Positions 35,701 through 48,214 of a stretch of DNA of 64,000 nucleotides are shown here, in pieces (the stretch's first letter is position 1; each line of letters opens with the position of its first letter). Where the stretch lies: contig NMRA01000506.1 of the NCBI GenBank assembly GCA_002633005.1, positions 230,542 through 294,541 on the forward strand, read 5' to 3'. Source of the DNA: Phoronis australis. Taxonomy: Eukaryota; Animalia; Phoronida. The notes under the pieces were generated by a model. It saw nothing but the letters and a program-made list of their open reading frames with translations, had not been told where the DNA came from and searched no databases. Position numbers and translations under genes: made by a program.

Positions 35701-38700
35701 CCGTGTGTGTAGTTGCATTAACAGGCTGATAATGTGAAATATTTATGTATATAGAACACCACAGTTCCAAAAGTAAAGAAGGTAATGTTTAACGGAGTCA
35801 AGTAAATTTCTGTTGTTTGTTGTCTTGTCTGTGACAGTGTGTTTTCTTCCGACAAGGGTGCACCTTTTCAACATTTATTTTAAAACGTTGTTTTTAATGA
35901 TGCCATAAAAACTGATCACCTGGTCCATATTTGATTTGAAATTTAGTAATTTAGCTGGTCTACTTAAGAAACTATGAAATTTTCACATGAAATTTCTAGT
36001 GCGACAACTTATCTTGAGTTCGCAGTTCATTTCATTTTTTCCAAGAATACCAACTGTTTCAACTTGTTTTATCTGTAAACCAATTAGGCATTCTTATTTG
36101 TTACATGGTTTTCTTTGTATTTCCAACAGTCAGTAGAGAGTGTTTTGTGTCGTAATCTGATGATGGGTTAATTCTCTTTTTATAAATGTTGTGGTTGGTT
36201 CATGTTGTTCGTTAGTGTTTACATCCTTCTGTTAATTACCTCCGGAAAGGCTAGTCTGTTAAACTTTATGTAAGACCCCTAGAAAATATCCAAATTTGGC
36301 TTACGTCAGAACATCATATCTTAGAAATGACTTATCAGATTCGTGTGAAACTTTCGGATATAGATATCTATACTTTTTGCAGTGTTCTCAAAACGTTGTT
36401 AGGCATTGGTTTCAAAATGTTCCATTTTTATATGAGGGACTATCAGTAGATAGGACTCGGTGTATGATTTTTATGATAAATCTTAAAAGGTGTATAAAAT
36501 GAAAATGAGTTGATAATTTAAAAAACTGTAGTTAAAGCAATTTTGATTTTGTCTTGAGCATTTATCAAATGAAATTTGATCATTGTTTTGCAATCAACGT
36601 GCCTTTCTTTATTATTAAATTTTGCTGAAAAGACGTGGTTACATGAATTAATTAGTGGCAAAAAAAATTAAAAAATAAATTCTACAGGCTTTCTACATTC
36701 AGAAAATATATACCTTTGCGGTGAAATCTCACCAATTTCGGACAAAAATAATTTCCAAAGTTACCCCTTTTTCGTTTTTTAAGAACTAACATTGCCGTAG
36801 ATGGCCACAATTTTTCAAACTATTTTCATGTTTAAGCATTAAATTGATGCTACATATCTTTCATGAAAAAATGAGAAAATGAAATTTCACCGGTCGGCCA
36901 TATTGTGTCCGTATTGGAGAGATTTTTCTGTACTTAGTAAAGCTCTGTAATTTGTTGACTTACATTTGGCTAAATGTGCTGACTTGTCGATAAGGTCTTA
37001 CGTAACCTCATTTTGTTGTGATTTTAGCACCATGGCAATGGTCATTGCTCTTTCTGTGTAAAGTGACCAAAATTTTGACTGTCAAAAATAAATAACATTT
37101 AAATTGTGAAAGGCTTTTGTGGCTAGGAAATTTTCAGTCCGACTTAATTCTTATATTTCATCTGTGGCTTTGATATATACTGAACAATTCTACGTGAACT
37201 TTAATGTTTGTATTCATACATTTTGGCTAGGAAAGTTTCAGTCTGGCTTTACTCCTACATTTTGTCTATTGCTTTAGTATACAACTGAATGATTCTATTT
37301 GAAATTTAGTTTTTGAATTCGTACTCTGAAGTAGACAAGTGCTTTCTGACTGACACTGAATCTCAGAAAGATAATGCGATGTGGCCTACAGTGGTTTCTC
37401 GGATTCAATTTTTCCAAATTACCAGGACTATGTAAATTTGTATTTGTGTGTTTCTCTTATATTGAGTCATTGCTGGATTCCAAGGTTTTGTTTCTAGATG
37501 TTGCTATACACCTAGGCAGAATGGAGATCAATAGCATATCACAGCTGCATAAAATAGGCAGTAGTGGCAAGGACAACCCAGCGCACCCCAGTTTGGCAGA
37601 TCTAGAGTGTGATCCTGATCAGGAAGACCAAGCAGGTATGTCTATTTCACATTATAATTTCAAAAGGAAAGATCATGTGATCTGCTTCAATGTGAACTTT
37701 GAAGTGTTTCTAAACCTGTGTTCTGTCCAAGATGTGAAGTTTTGATTTAGTTGCTTTGCTATTGTTAGATTGACCTTTAAATGATTTCTGTGTTTGCAAT
37801 GAACTGACAGTTTGTTTTTCCTTGAGACCGTGCATTATCGGCGCATGAAATAACCTGCCATGACAAGCCAGCTTGTAGAGCCTTGTCTTAAACAATAGTG
37901 AAGTGTCAGTTCTTTCGAATGCATGAAATCACCTGCAATTTAACTAAAAAACATTTTCAAAACGGTAAGTTATGTAACTTAAAAGGTGAAGTTTTGTTAT
38001 GTAAAACGGGTGTATAGCCTCTTTAATTCTAAACACTGAATGTTTTTAAATCTGAATTTAGAAGGGCAATGTTGTAAGTACCCATATATTATTTCTTGGT
38101 CAACAGTTTTTGCTGGCGGACATTCACACGTGTTAAAATTGATAGTACTTTATGCTTTTTGAGGAAACTAGGGAATTGTCATGAATTTCGACACCACTAT
38201 TATTTGGCATGGCAGTGTTTTGGGGAGCTAGCAGTCCTGGGCCCCTGTACGCAGCAAACGTGATAAATCTCATTAAAACATTTTCAGATGTGCCTCACTT
38301 TGATAGCCGAAGTAGAATTTTTGAGTTGGATCCGTGCTCTGGAAATGGCAAGGTGTGTCTTGTCTATCAGGACACAAAAGCAGGTAAACAGTTGAGGGCT
38401 GTAGTTGTTTTGCCTCACACTTGTTGAGTTCCTTTTGTTAAGTATGATTTTCTAACTCTTTCTTAGAGAAGTTGTTGCACTCCTGTCACTCATTTTTCAT
38501 CTGCGTTCTGTTTCATGTTTTACACACAATTTGTCCGTGTGGGCTCGTTACTTGTAAATATGTGTAGACGAATCATTTAGTGTCTTAATTGTCACATTAA
38601 AAAAAATCTTCAAAACATTCATGGATTTTTTTTTGTAAATTACAGTAATTTGTGCTCTGAAGGTATGCCAAATTCTGCGTTCTAAGCTTTTCGACAATTT

Positions 38701-41700
38701 GATTGTATAACTGTGATATTTGTATAACAGGGCTCAGCCATGATAAATATGGGCATAATTATTATCTTCTAAACGTTTTCCAACTCTCTAAATAATTTCA
38801 CCCATCTGGTAGATATTACTGGTCAGGTTCTTTTCTGCACAGTGCACAGACTAAATGCAGCTATTAACATTACTTTCATTAAAACTGCTCCTGAATTTTT
38901 TCGGTCTCTCATTTATAAACGATTATCACACCAGACATGTAACACTGTATTTTGTTTTTCATTTACCATTTAGCATGTGCGCCCAAGCATATGTGTGGTT
39001 TACCAGAGATATAGTTTCAATTTCCTTACGTACATGGCCAGAAGGTTGTTTGATACTCACTCTGTGATGACTAATTGCTCCCTCTTTTGACGATGTGAAA
39101 AGATATGTTCACCAGTTTTGGGGTGACCTTAATGCATACAAGACTAATAGTGCCCTTGAGTGAATCTAGAGTTCCTCATTGTTTGCATACATACAGGTCT
39201 ACCAGCCCGCGCACCAACGGTGTGGCTGTTGGACAGAGCACTCCAGTGGCACTTCATGGCTGAGTCTTTCTCTGTCTACTATCGGTTGATGTTAGCGCAC
39301 CTAGGCCTACCTCAGTGGCAGTTCATTTGTACAGACCTTGGCATCAGTCCACAGGCAAAGGTGAGTCAATATTTTGCACAATTAAAATCACCAGTCATTG
39401 CGAGTAATGGCCTCCCCCAATTATGCTTTTGTATAAGAAGTTTTCAGTTGGTGTGGTACCTTTTGAGGTACATCGGACATAGGCAGGTCTCAAAGCCGGA
39501 CCTACTGAATTAAACTTGAGGAATATCCTAGATCATTAGATTGTTCATGAGAGAGGTTTTCAAGTCAATCAATCCACAAAGCAACAGCTTCTTTGTTTTT
39601 AAGTCAGTATCTATCTTGGCTTTCGCAGCTTCAATAACATCCGAAATATGGAGACGGTATGGTAGAGTTACTGCCTCCCAATGTAAAAATTACAGGTTCA
39701 AATCCCACTAAATAACGCTAAAGATCGCAGGTTTAAATCACACTAGACAACACTGCTATTCTATAGATGCCAGGTTTAAATCATAGTAGACCACACTGCT
39801 GGGCTGTTGATTTGGACCTACTGTTTCACCGCTCACTTTCTGTGGGTTGTTTTTTTTCTGTGCAAAATGTATTGTAGGACTTGCTTGTGTATTTGAGGGC
39901 CATGTTATAAATTACGTATTAAATTGTTTATAAATAAACTATTATTTTTTTAAATTCTTATTATTGTTAATATTGTTGTTAAACACGGAAGTTTTATTGA
40001 CATCTTGTAGGTATTTATAATTTTGATAATTTGTGTGTGTCTATACGTGCACGGCTTACATGGTGAGTTGATTTTTTGCAACTGCCCTGTCAGTTCAGAT
40101 TGCATTGTTTGGGTGCAAAGATTCAAGGAGCAACTGTGAAATTCAGATGAGTCAAATCCCACTGGAATACGAGACTTGGCCCATGTTTGGGGAAAATTGT
40201 AACGTATCTGTAGGACAGAGTGCACAAACCATAACTTACACGTCACACAATTATGTCCTAATTAAAGTTACACTGAGCACTGCTGTGGTAGGTCAAAAAT
40301 GGCAAACTTAAAAACAAGATAACATAAGAATGAAGCAGTGATTTTCAGAGTCATAAGAATGAAATAGAAAAAGACTCGGCATAGCTTGAAGTAAAGACTC
40401 AACCGTTGCGTATCCACATTATGTGGGCTTTAGTGTATTACATCTTTTTTTCAGCAATGGTATAACATGTTGGCTCCAGTCAGGCTTCAAATGGATGAGT
40501 ATGAAAATAGCGCCCTCTTTAATGATGTGGAGCAGGCAGTGGTTAACCATATAGATGTGAATAGAGTGTTCAAAGGAAAGACGGATAAAAAGTGAGTTAA
40601 GTGACTTGTGTAGGACCCTAGAAAATGTCCAAATTTGGCTATCTCCGGAACATCATATCTCGTAAATGGCTGATTGGATTCTTACAAAACTTTCAGATAC
40701 TATGTTTTATGCATTGTTCTCAATAAACCTATCAAATTTGTTTTTTAAAATCTTCTAAGTTTGCAGGAGGAGCTATCAATAATAGGAGTTTTATGATTTT
40801 CGTGAAAGAATTTAAAGTTGCGTACAACAAAAACATAATGATGATTTAGAAAACTGTGACATTGTGTTTTAGATTTCATCTTGAGCATTTGTGTCATATG
40901 AAATTCGGTCAAATTACTGATATTGTTATTTTTAACTACTACCAATGAACCATTCTTTTTTGTTAGAGTTTACTAAAAATATGCGTTCACGGGACCCAAG
41001 TAATGGCAGATTGATAAAAATTCATTTTTTTCATGCTTTCTTCTTTCCGAAAATATCTATCTTTACCGAGTTAAAATAATTACTAACGGTTTTATAGATA
41101 TTAAGTCCCCTATTCTGATTTGTGGGTCTGCTTGTAGAAAACCAGGTGCGGCTGCTGGAGGTCAAGGTCAGGCAGCCAAGAAGAGACCACCTCCAACAGG
41201 CTCTGCAAAGTGAGTGGTTGGATTTTGTTGGTATTTTCACTTCTTATAAGGTCCATAACCCGAGCACTTTCTGTTATTTCTCTTATAAAAGGTCTCAATT
41301 AGGTCCTGTCAGCATTGTTATTAGATTTTCTATATTATGATTATTGCAATAATCTGCTGTAATAGCTTGACTATTCATAGTGTTAAATTATTTTTATTCC
41401 AATTATGATATTTTTGATTTTACGAAACTATTAGCAAGGCAGTAAATTTTGGTGTTTTCTGTGTGTTTTTGTTCCACTTGCACATTTTTCTGCTTTTATG
41501 TCCTCTTTATTTTATTTTAGTGTTGCTTCAAAACATGTGACTATTTTAGAACTAGGAAACAATTTTTAAGCTCCTCATCAAAACATTGTTAAAAGCATTT
41601 TGAAGGTTGGTGTCCTGTCTTCAAAATCTGAACGCAGAACACATTTTGTGTAAATATCCTATGAAATTAGCTGTGTAGGCGATGACCTTAAGTAAAATTC

Positions 41701-42444
41701 TTAAATATGTTTCAGTATTTATCTAAACTCTGAAGCAGATTCAGAAGTTGACTTAAAAACAGAAGGCCTAAAATACTATTAGAGTCTTGCGTTAATTTGG
41801 CAGAACCTTTAAAGATGCTATTGTCTCATTAAATTGTAAATATGCGAATGAAGTACTAGTTTACAAACAACACCAGGTCTTTCGGTGTGCCGTAAACCAA
41901 CCGAGAACCAGTTACTATATCGTGAAAGTCTATTTTTATTAGACTATTTTTATTTAAATGAGTATGGTAATATGTCATTGTTACCCTAATAAAACATGGT
42001 AAAGTTTTTACTATTTCTTCAAATAACGGTTCCGTAATATTTGGAATTCCTGGGATTATATGTTTACACTTGCTTTTAAGTGTATCAGTTGTGTTTTCTT
42101 TAAAACTGCATTTTATTTACAAATTTCCTGACTATACTTGTACACACAGATCTCCTGGAAATCACAAGGTGGCGCTAGCTACAAATTTAAATATTCACAG
42201 TTTTAATGAGACGTAGCATCTTTAATTTCCACTTGTGCTGTTCATAATCTTGTAGAAAATCTCCAATTTCATGATAGTACATTTCTCTCGCAGGAAATTT
42301 TTCTAGTTGCACATATTCACTCGTCCAGCCATTTTTTGCGGTCGTTTTGCAAAATGAAATCCTCAAAACAATTCTTTATATTGCAGACAACCGGCAGGAG
42401 GTTCAAGACTTGTTGGCAATCAACCGAGTAAACTGGGAAGGTAG
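29719..42444 (+). CDS. TPGS2: Tubulin polyglutamylase complex subunit 2 (~299 aa, 8 exons)
   Basis: Exons 29719-29785, 34685-34852, 37498-37635, 38288-38383, 39197-39360, 40455-40591, 41138-41209, 42387-42444; GT-AG and phase-consistent. Motifs EQLTLGV, WEQKHSCMMPEDLKNFYL, PSLADLE, PHFDSRSRIFELD, GKVCLVY, LDRALQWHF, YYRLMLAHLGLPQWQ, GISPQAKQW match TPGS2 as recalled. Without the last splice the frame stops at 41213. Confidence 0.93.
29827..31580. mobile_element. 1754-bp non-autonomous TIR DNA transposon in TPGS2 intron 1
   Basis: Perfect TIR agggtgagcaaac / gtttgctcaccct; exact flanking duplication acctctgct (29818-29826, 31581-31589); AT-rich interior without a long ORF. Confidence 0.88.
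31879..32431 (+). mobile_element. TRIM (miniature LTR retrotransposon) with tRNA-like LTRs
   Basis: Two 154-bp LTRs (31879-32032, 32278-32431), each TGT...ACA, 13 mismatches by hand count. PBS tgccgtagtcggca (32035-32048); PPT aggaaaggggggaa (32264-32277). Each LTR has an A box (tagctgaatgg) and a B box (ggttcgattc). Confidence 0.88.
34020..34189 (-). mobile_element. tRNA-derived SINE
   Basis: Minus strand reads gtgtggctcagtggttagagc (A box) ... ctgggttcaaatcctgg (B box), then a non-tRNA body; no intact acceptor stem. Confidence 0.7.
36265..37008 (+). mobile_element. Kolobok-like family A copy (further copies ~1-125 -, ~23330-23520, ~40600-41100, ~43480-43920)
   Basis: tatgtaagacccctagaaaatatccaaatttggc..gaacatcatatcttagaaatg at the start and gtcttacgtaacct at the end. 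Confidence 0.65.
39655..39805 (+). repeat. Degenerate tRNA-SINE head with triplicated B-box unit
   Basis: caggttcaaatcccacta, caggtttaaatcacacta and caggtttaaatcatagta in tandem after ggtatggtagag. Confidence 0.45.
41813..42221. mobile_element. Kolobok-like MITE (family B); second copy at ~55320-55753 in opposite orientation
   Basis: TTAA|agatgctattgtctcattaaattgtaaatat ... atattcacagttttaatgagacgtagcatct|TTAA. Confidence 0.75.
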
Positions 42445-45400
42445 CAGGGTATGCAGCTGTTTGTCAGTCATAAAATTTGTACTTTGCTAGACAAAAGTAA
42501 TCGAACAATACCATTTCCTGTCATGACTTCTAATTCTGTTAAGGCAAAAAATGACTGGTATTAGCTATCAGGATGGGGAAACTCCAATTACAGAATGGCT
42601 TGGCCAACTCTCCAACTTTTCTGTTAATTCCCCTTCAATCTCGGTCATGAGAGAAGAATTTTCTGACGATCAATTTGGGTTCCACCCAGCCGTCATGACT
42701 AGGAATTCTGGGCCATTTTGTCTGAATACTTTTGGCTTGTACTGTAATTGAAAAGAGAGCAAAGCTGTTACTGTATTGATGTTGAGGCATAAGGCAATTT
42801 GGTTAAAATAAACCATCTCGAGTAGCCAGCTTACTAATTCGGGATGGTCGAAGTTCCTGAACAATTTACAAGTCTTTGTTCGGCAGACAGCATGTGATTT
42901 CACATCCTTACACATTAAGCTGATGACGTTAAGATAACGGTTGCCTAGCCCATTGAGAGAATTGTTTTCAATTTTTCAATCTTTTGATAGACTAGCCAAC
43001 TCAAATTGATAATAATAGTGTATCCAGTTTTACAGTCCATGAAGTCACTACGGTTGTGTGTCGGTCATTTTGTGTTATGTTTTGCTGTTTCCAATGAAAT
43101 TGCATATGTTACTGCAAGAAACAGCTGTGTGTTACATAATAAAATCGCCAAAAACCATGGGTGGTGTTCTTCTTTGATGGGGTCATTTTTTGCCCAAGAA
43201 GTGCCTTGCTTTTAATGTTTACCAATTTAATTCTGTCAGTATCAGCACACATGCATAACATTCTATTTATTTTTTAATCTCACTGTCAGTAATGGACAAT
43301 ATTTTCTGATCTCATTTTTGGTCGAATTGAATAGCCGCAATGTTAGGGAAGATCCTCAAATGTTATTTTGACAAGTGATGCTTTGGATTGAGGTTATGAA
43401 GGACCTTATCAAAAAGTCTTTTGTGTGTATAACCAAATATCTACACAGTTATAGATTTCAACTCTATGTATTTTCTGTATATAGAAAAGCTTTAGAATTC
43501 GATTTTTGACTTTTTCCAATCTACCACTTATTGGGTCATGTGACCATGGCTTTTTAGTAAAATTCAGCAAAAAGAAAATTACATTGCTAGCAAAACAACA
43601 GCATCAATAACATGACCAAATTTTTTTGATATAAACATTCGAGATAAAATCTCAACAGCTATTGATTTTCCTGAAAAACTTCTGAAGTTACAGAAAAATT
43701 AGGTATTTTAGTAAACTGTAACAGGGTGTTTGATATCTCACCTTGAAATTTATGTCAGATAAAATTTGTTGGTGTTATTGATAGGGTTGTTTGCTATCAA
43801 TGTACCTTTCTTTTTTGCTAAATTTTATTAAAAAGACATTGTCTCATGTCCCAATTTATAACTGATTTGTGAAAAGTAAAAAAATCTACAGGTTTTCTAC
43901 TTTTGGAAAATATGTACTTTTACCAACTTAGTTAAAATCTATACTTAAGTAGATATTTTGCTAAATGCTCAGGCGTGTCCATTAGGTGTTACATTACCCT
44001 AAACTTATGGACTTTAACACCCCAAAACTAGCATAGGAGGAAGTATTTAACAAGGTGGCAGTGGCAAATCTGGGACTGTGGTTACCCTAAGGAATCGGTA
44101 TCACCCCAACTCCATTAAACTCCATTTTCTTTCATGCGCAGTGTGGTTAAATGTTTGAAACCGAAACTTACTATGGTCCTGCATTTCTCATCCTTATTTG
44201 CATAATTTATGCAGCTGCTTCCACTGAGTTCATTATCGGCAGGAGAACACTGGGATATTTGTAAGCACTAATTATTTGCATCTCATCAATTTTACTGAGG
44301 AATGAGCCATTAGACTGTTCGAGAGCAATAATTAGTATTGTGATATTTTCATATAAGGACAGGTTCTCTCAGGTCCACTGTCTGTTGTTATGAAATTTTC
44401 GTGGATTATTTAGTTTTAATGTTGTGTTGTATTCTTTATTGTATTTTTGATACTGAATAAACTTTAGTTAAATACAACCAGGACAGCTGATTGTTAATTT
44501 ATGAATGCAGTGTCTCATGTTGTCATATTTTGTCTTTATGCAGGCTTTCAAGTGTTTCTGCTTTTCCTACTTTTTGTCTTGTTCCCACTTTTTATTCAAA
44601 ATTCCCTAATATTTCCTACTATTTTGTCTCATTCCTCTGAAGCGTCATGTAGTGTCATTTTTCTGGAAGAGCAAGTGGTGATGCATATCATCATGTGTAT
44701 GACTGGACACAGGCAGTAATCTTCGTAAACATGGGTAATATCTGTCCTCTATGGGTGAAGGTTCATCAAAATTGTTACCAAAACTTACCCATTACTGGGG
44801 AGTCAATCTAATTGAAAGTGTCGGCTGGTATTGCCAGCTTTGATGAGTATTTTGCTCTGGGCGTATTTAGTTCAAGCTCAGTACCGCCAAAGTATTCCAT
44901 TTCATTTACGGCCAACAATTGCAAGATTGACTATCGAGGTTAATAAAAAATACACTTCAACAGGATTCCCTTTTCCTTCTATACAAAACAGGATTAAATA
45001 TCAAAATATCTGAGTGATATCACATGGTGGTTTCACTCAACATATTATCTCTATTTTAAACGTTGGTTGCAAAAGATCTTAAGCTTTTTAACAACGTTGG
45101 TGTCACTACTTGTACTGCTTGTATTTAAATGGGTTGAAATTACAGCTGTCAAAAAACCCTATGTCGGAAAGAATAGTCACCTCAATTAAACCCTTGTAAG
45201 GTGTTGTGTTAGTAAAACAAAAATTCCACGAAAACAGGACTATTTCAGGTAACTTTTTTACAAGTGGGTACTTTTTGAGTCCACTCTCTAAATGGGTATG
45301 AGCCTTGACAAATTTGTAGATCTGTTTTAGAGTTGACATTAGATATTTGCACATGTTCTACGTGTTTAATGTGAGGTTTTTTATCGATGTATGTCATAGC

Positions 45401-46670
45401 CGATGCGACTTGAAAGTCGGAAGTGGGGTCGACAGAGGGGCCATGCAGTTGCCAAAGCACCTAATGAGTGAGAAACTAGGTGGCCGGTTTGCACAAGTCT
45501 ACGAATTTCGAGTGGGTGGTTTAAAATTAATATGCAGTTTATGAAATTATAATCAACTATAGCTTGGGACGTCCTTAAAACAGTAAGGTTCTCACAACAA
45601 CAAAGACAATGTGACGTCTGATCAGGTGTTGGACGATAAGAAAACAGGTCAGACGTTAGACAGGCGTTCACATGTGAAATTTCAAGTGTTCAGAAAGCTT
45701 ATCAAACATGCGAACTACCTGCTGATCGGAAAACGTGTGAACGCAGAATAAAACGTTTTTCTGTACTATCAAGATCTTGGACAATGCCATCAATTTTGAA
45801 AAGGTATGTTGAACCTTCTTTGTAAGACAATTCACTTTCTCAGCTGCTTTATTAATAAAGGGGTTATTCCCACCCACTTATACAATCCAAAGATGGAAGA
45901 CCTGAAACAACTTATTACTTTTAATAATCTAACTTCAACGTTCTCTTTTGCCTTGGTCGGACAATTACGTGTAGTTTGTACCATCACAAGGAGTCCAGTT
46001 TCTATCTTCTGTTAGCGTAAAAGGATACAATTTTGTAAAGTTAGCAAACGCGAAGTAGCAGTGATGCAACATTAGGGACTTTGAGAATAAAAATGGACTC
46101 GTCATTACCGGCGATTTTAACAGATCATATCCGCTCAAACTGTATGGACAATAAGTAAACCCGCTATCCGGGTCGTTAATGAAAGCGCGTTGATCGAAAT
46201 TTCGGAATTTTGATGCGATCGGATATTCGGCCAACTGTTTAGAGTTCGTGTGCTGGCTATTACGCTCTATAACGACGAGACAGCGTTATGCATGCCTCTA
46301 AAACGGACAATTTTGGCGCTTTTTTACCGACTCAAAACCCCGAATGATCTGCATTGACTGGTTGGTTTTCTCCCTGACATGCTGTGTCAAGATGACTGTG
46401 TAACCTATCTTGTGGTATCAGTCTCGACTAGGCGGTAAGAGAGAAGTGTCTCATAAAACTCTGAGTTCGAGCGCTTTCAACGCACTTTCAGCTTAAGAAC
46501 ACTTAAAATAAACTTTGCAGCTGTACTTTCATTTATTTTGTCTGTCCTCATGCAATTTACATTCAATATATGTGCACAGCAGAGACAATTGACACGGAGG
46601 TGCAGCGTATTTTATGATCAGATTAAAAGTGTTAAAAAGGCGCTCAAGATTGAGCTTATACTTCAGTCCG

Positions 46671-48214
46671 TCAGTCGTGTAATCTGGCATAGGTGTTCTC
46701 GCAACCACTACAACACATCAAATGCCGCCATCGTGAGGCGAAACTTTGCGCCTGCAAAGAGGAAGTGGCACAGTCCTTGACCACGTGACGACTTCGTCTG
46801 AATCGTGATTTCAAACGCTTAAAAAGTCCTTCGCGTTTTACAATAGTTGGTTTATCCGTAAAATCGCCGATACTTCTGTTGGTGTCCTCTGAAACAGAAG
46901 AAACGTCATCAAGAGGCACATGCATAAAGGTCTTAACGTCCTCTGAACAAATGTCCTCAATGGTGTATGGCTTGTTGCTATTTCGCAAACTTGTTTTACT
47001 TTTCTCGTCGTATTCAGTGTCCATTGAATTATCCCCAGCAGCAAAACAAAAATCATACTGAGGCAACGTTGCTAAAGGAGACAACTTGTCGTCCTCTTGG
47101 CGAGCATCCTCTACCTGCCCTGGTTTGTTCTTAGCTGGAGGATTTAAAGTGATACTAATCTCAACCCTGCTGATTACGGAAATTTCAACCGTCTTTGAAG
47201 AATGCATCGTCGCAAACGAGATGTGATTGTGAGGCCAGGTGGGGACACTAGAAGGTTTAACGTACGTCGTCCACTCGCATATCTTCACGATTGTTGGTCA
47301 GATTACTGCTCTGAAATTTTATTTCTTTCTTCTCACCAGTTTCAGCCATAAAAGAGTTCTCTAAAAGATTTGCATTATGAGAAAAAATGGCATTTCGGGA
47401 CAACTTAGCGAAGCTGTGCAGATTTGCATCTTCTGAGCTTATACCTTCGACGCTGCCTGATTTGCTACGCAGAGTCTCAGAATTGGAGCGTCGTGTGTCC
47501 GGCTGTGTAAAAGTTTCCCCAATCGCAGAGGCAACTGTAGGCTCACTTGAATCATTAAAATCAGACAGTCTGATGTCTTCTAAGTGGCCATTTCCAACGG
47601 ATTCACTTTCGGATTTCACGACTTTCTCCGCACTGTCAGCATTGTCAGTGAACTCAGCAATACCTGACGAGTGGATGACGTCCGGTCGAACATCTTCAAC
47701 GTTGCCTGGTTTGTTTCTACCTTCCAGTTTGGCGACATCTCTACCTCCAGTACATGCGGAGCTACGGCGGATGGTTTCTGAAGCACCTATTTTAATAGAA
47801 AAAAACGTTGCACCGTAAGGCAACCCATGTACGTCACACGGTTTGTCGTAGTCGGCAGGAATATCTTCAATATTTCGTATTTCGATACAACTTTCTTCCT
47901 CGGGGGTAATAACAGGAATTTGGCGTGTCAGTAACTCCTGCAGATCCGTCTTTTTATAAACATTCTCTTTCCCCAATTCATCCTTTTCTGTGGAAATTTG
48001 GTAAACTTCTTCAGAAACTGTAGACCCGGTCGACTTGGTGACGTCTTCAGAGTGATGACCTTCAATACTTTTGCTTTTTAATTCATTCAGGATTTTCTCC
48101 ATGGCATCAGCCGCATCAACGATATCTGACGGTTGGATGACTACCTGTCTAACATCGTCAGTGTCGCCTATTTTTTTACAACCATTCAATTTCAGGGCTT
48201 CCCTCTCTCCATCA
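46671..48214 (-). CDS. Large terminal exon of an unknown acidic, low-complexity repeat protein, carrying one frameshift
   Basis: Overlapping ORFs 47257-48189 (open up to the gap at 48215) and 46671-47288 fuse if one copy of acgt at 47260-47267 is removed. Internal repeats (KIGDTDDVRQ, NKPGNVEDVRP, NNREDMRV, NKPGQVEDARQ) occur in both ORFs. Minus-strand AATAAA at 46532-46537. Confidence 0.6.

Noticed and set aside
42551-42751. Short ORFs here and at 51020-51313 share a peptide (VMREE/DxSDDxFxF..AxMTRNSG), suggesting a small protein family
   Set aside because: Both are copies of one dispersed nucleotide repeat (third copy ~24440-24620). The similarity is explained at DNA level and no splice context supports coding.
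45900-46320. Minus-strand KFRNFDQRAFIND resembling the CR1/L2 LINE inter-domain motif
   Set aside because: A single short motif is too little to call without a BLASTX search.
47387-47818. Plus-strand ORFs 47387-47818, 61203-61544 and 61734-62069
   Set aside because: Antisense shadows of the longer minus-strand coding exons.
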